DNA of 64,000 bases from Giardia intestinalis (taxonomy: Eukaryota): NCBI GenBank assembly GCA_000002435.2, contig CM018793.1; one strand, written 5' to 3'. Positions 61,786-64,000 of the stretch are shown here, piece by piece. The notes under the pieces were generated by a model that was not told where the DNA came from, made no database searches, and saw only the letters and a program-made list of their open reading frames with translations. A program made the position numbers and the translations under genes. How positions within the stretch are numbered: position 1 is the stretch's first letter; the number at the start of each line of letters is the position of its first letter.

Positions 61786-62646
61786 TCCACCTACCAGTCA
61801 CCTTCAGCGTTGTGCTGCTAGGACCCTTGCCCACGAGCACACCCCAAGGATCCCGGGAGTAACTTCAGTCAATGCTCGATTGTGTCCGGAAACAGAAGCG
61901 AGTCGTGGTTAATAGAACAAGGGCTTCTCCGTTGCACTGCTGGAGGCCTGACTATCTTATCACCACCTTCTTTCTGCCGGGCCTCTGCTTCAAAAACCCA
62001 CCGTGATGTCGGGGAAGAAGCCTGACAGCCTGTAGTAAAACAGCTCCTGTGAACCGTAGACGTTGGGGATCCTCTTGGCCACCATCCATGCACATCGGCA
62101 AGGCCCTCTGACGTTCCCAGGGCCCAGCAGCTCGCCATGACTGGAGAGGAGGGCTTACTGGGTCCTGAGCAGCAGTGATTATGAATTCCTACTATCAAGC
62201 TTCCCTCTCCACAGTCTTGGAGCCGTTGAGATAGCCTCAGCAGATCATCGAAGAAGAGCATAAGCTCTGGCACTGCATCGGCAAGCTCTGGGGACTTCGC
62301 CTTCCCTTGCTGCAGGTCTTCAGGAGCAGTCTAGAGCTGTGGCTAGATGACTGCGTTGTTACTGCCTGGAGTGCCTACTCAATGGGCCTCTCGAAGGCAG
62401 GTTGCTAGACAGCAGCAGTGGCAAGTGTCGATCACAGATACTCTGTCCGCCACTTGTGGAGGCTTATCTCCATTTAGGTTTCCTTCTCATCCTTGCAGTG
62501 CTCACTCGAGCGAACCAGAGCCTGAGATTGATAAGCCCAGCGAGCCTAGTACAAACCTCAGAGGACTCAGGAGGTCATGGCTCCCTGGTGATTGCCATGT
62601 CGTTCTCCTCGCTCGGTTGACATGCACCCTGCTAGAGGGCCCTCAT

Positions 62647-63993
62647 TTACTCGAGCTCGTACATCCGCGCCGTGGTGATCTCTAAGAGCTCGGTTGTGAG
62701 CATGTTGGCCTTAACCCACGAGACGAAGGCGCTCTTGCAGTACGCCTCAAACGCCGCCTTCTGCTCGGCTGTCAACGAGGGATCCCGTATCTTCCTACCA
62801 AGCACGGTCAGCTTTTCAGACCTCTCCTTCATGGTCTGCCGGAAGACCGAGGGCAGAATGATCGGCAGCGCTTTGGTCTTTCCCGTCAGAAGCTTCGAGT
62901 CGAACGGGACCACCGCGGTGCAGTACGTCTTTGGATCCATGAATATCAGATTCTCACACACTCCCAGCCCCAGTGGGCTGTAGAGCTTCATCCCAAAGCT
63001 CTCGCCCTGCTGGCAGATGTCCGCTAGTCCTTGCTGCTGCAGGCAATCCTCCAGTGAGGGGAATATGTAATTGTAGGGGGCAATCTTATTCGTCTTTGTG
63101 TTGCTGTCATGCACACAGGAGTTCCGACTGGTGACATACATCAGACAGTTCTCAATGGTATTTGCCTTGAAGAAGTCCGCTACGGCAGAGAAGGTCATAC
63201 GCATGCAGTAGCACATGGAGACGGTCCCCGCCACGGTCCCCAGGACGATCTTTACGTTTCTGCAGTTGGCAATGACGACGTGTGAGCAGGGAGCAATCAG
63301 AAATATGGTGCAGTTGGCGCAGTTGGCAATGACAGCTGTGGGGGGTCTATGGGTAGCGGCAGCGAAGACCCCTATCCCTGCCTTGGAAAGGCTTCTGATG
63401 CGAATGTGGTTATAGCGATCATCATACTCATATGTGGGGATCCCCGATGCAGACGTACCTGGACGAGCCTGCGGGCATCCTGACGCCAGTGCTGGGCTAG
63501 CAGGGGCACTTAGCTGCGCCTTGGCTTCCAGTGTCGGCGTCGACAAGGTTCCCGAGGTACTTAAGACGTTAGACGAAGAAGACGACAGCTGAGGCTGATA
63601 GGAGCGAATAGGATCGGGAGCTGATGAAAATACAATATTTGCACAGTCGTACGTCGTGATGTTAAAGAAGCGAGAAATAGAGCTTGCTACAGTAAGAACT
63701 GGATCACCAATAGAAATCTCGAAAAATGCACAGAATGAGTCAACGAAATCTTCCTGCTGACTTGTCTCTGCCTGAAGCAATATATCCAGGCCTTCGATAG
63801 CATCCTTCGTCAGCGCAATATCAGCTCCATTGATAGATCCTGCTTGTACAGCTTCAGGGGTAAGGCAGAGCGCAGCAATGAGGATGTTGACATTGAGTGA
63901 AAAGTAGCTTTTTATCAGCGAGTCCAGATCTTCCCCGTTCATGCTCAATGGCCACGCATCATCCGTGGCCATGGCAGACTTCTTTGAGAGCAT
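62647..63993 (-). CDS. TBCC (tubulin-folding cofactor C / RP2-like) domain protein, 448 aa; N-terminus may lie beyond the right edge
   Basis: Beta-helix CARP/TBCC signature IANCANCTIFLIAPCSHVVIANCRNVKIVLGTVAGTVSMCYCMRMTF (alternating C/N-x-hydrophobic rungs). Confidence 0.6.
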   Translation of the reverse strand: MLSKKSAMATDDAWPLSMNGEDLDSLIKSYFSLNVNILIAALCLTPEAVQAGSINGADIALTKDAIEGLDILLQAETSQQEDFVDSFCAFFEISIGDPVLTVASSISRFFNITTYDCANIVFSSAPDPIRSYQPQLSSSSSNVLSTSGTLSTPTLEAKAQLSAPASPALASGCPQARPGTSASGIPTYEYDDRYNHIRIRSLSKAGIGVFAAATHRPPTAVIANCANCTIFLIAPCSHVVIANCRNVKIVLGTVAGTVSMCYCMRMTFSAVADFFKANTIENCLMYVTSRNSCVHDSNTKTNKIAPYNYIFPSLEDCLQQQGLADICQQGESFGMKLYSPLGLGVCENLIFMDPKTYCTAVVPFDSKLLTGKTKALPIILPSVFRQTMKERSEKLTVLGRKIRDPSLTAEQKAAFEAYCKSAFVSWVKANMLTTELLEITTARMYELE

Positions 63994-64000
63994 GGAGTGT

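Overview
This 64-kb window looks like a gene-dense, intron-poor eukaryotic (protist) chromosome segment, not a prokaryotic one. About 40 long uninterrupted ORFs alternate strands, separated by very short AT-rich spacers such as AAAAATTAAAAC directly upstream of ATG. The protein content suggests a diplomonad such as Giardia, but that is an inference from memory of those families, not a search result. Several ankyrin-repeat ('21.1'-like) proteins are present, two of them fused to a NEK-like kinase or a RING finger. There is also a cysteine-rich CXXC/CXC membrane protein with a C-terminal TM helix and a CRGK motif, which is VSP/high-cysteine-membrane-protein-like. Confidently recognisable genes are GAPDH, Vps4 (MIT+AAA), a Bud23/WBSCR22-type methyltransferase, a SNF2-family ATPase, a PPP-family Ser/Thr phosphatase, a PlsC-type acyltransferase (HX4D), a bromodomain protein, an MPN (Rpn8-like) protein, an E2F/DP-like winged-helix protein, an Sm-like protein, a TBCC-domain protein, two protein kinases and one tRNA-His(GTG). 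One non-genic observation is a 288-bp, 100% identical dispersed duplication: a GC-rich gene fragment copied next to the tRNA-His gene. An ABCC/MRP-type ABC transporter gene is broken into at least 8 reading-frame segments, with every junction I reconstructed repairable by a single-base insertion. A second frameshifted gene (ankyrin-NEK kinase) lies nearby. There is a ~4.4-kb GC-rich island (about two thirds G+C as I read it, against an AT-richer background, no counts made), and an abrupt ~420-bp GC-rich tract inside the otherwise lower-GC Vps4 gene. Three tandem ankyrin-family paralogues with different effector domains form a small cluster. No CRISPR array, prokaryotic defence island, transposase or integrase is visible. 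Caveat: the supplied ORF track uses at least one non-ATG start (GTG at 60400) and omits edge-truncated ORFs, so start codons given here are approximate.
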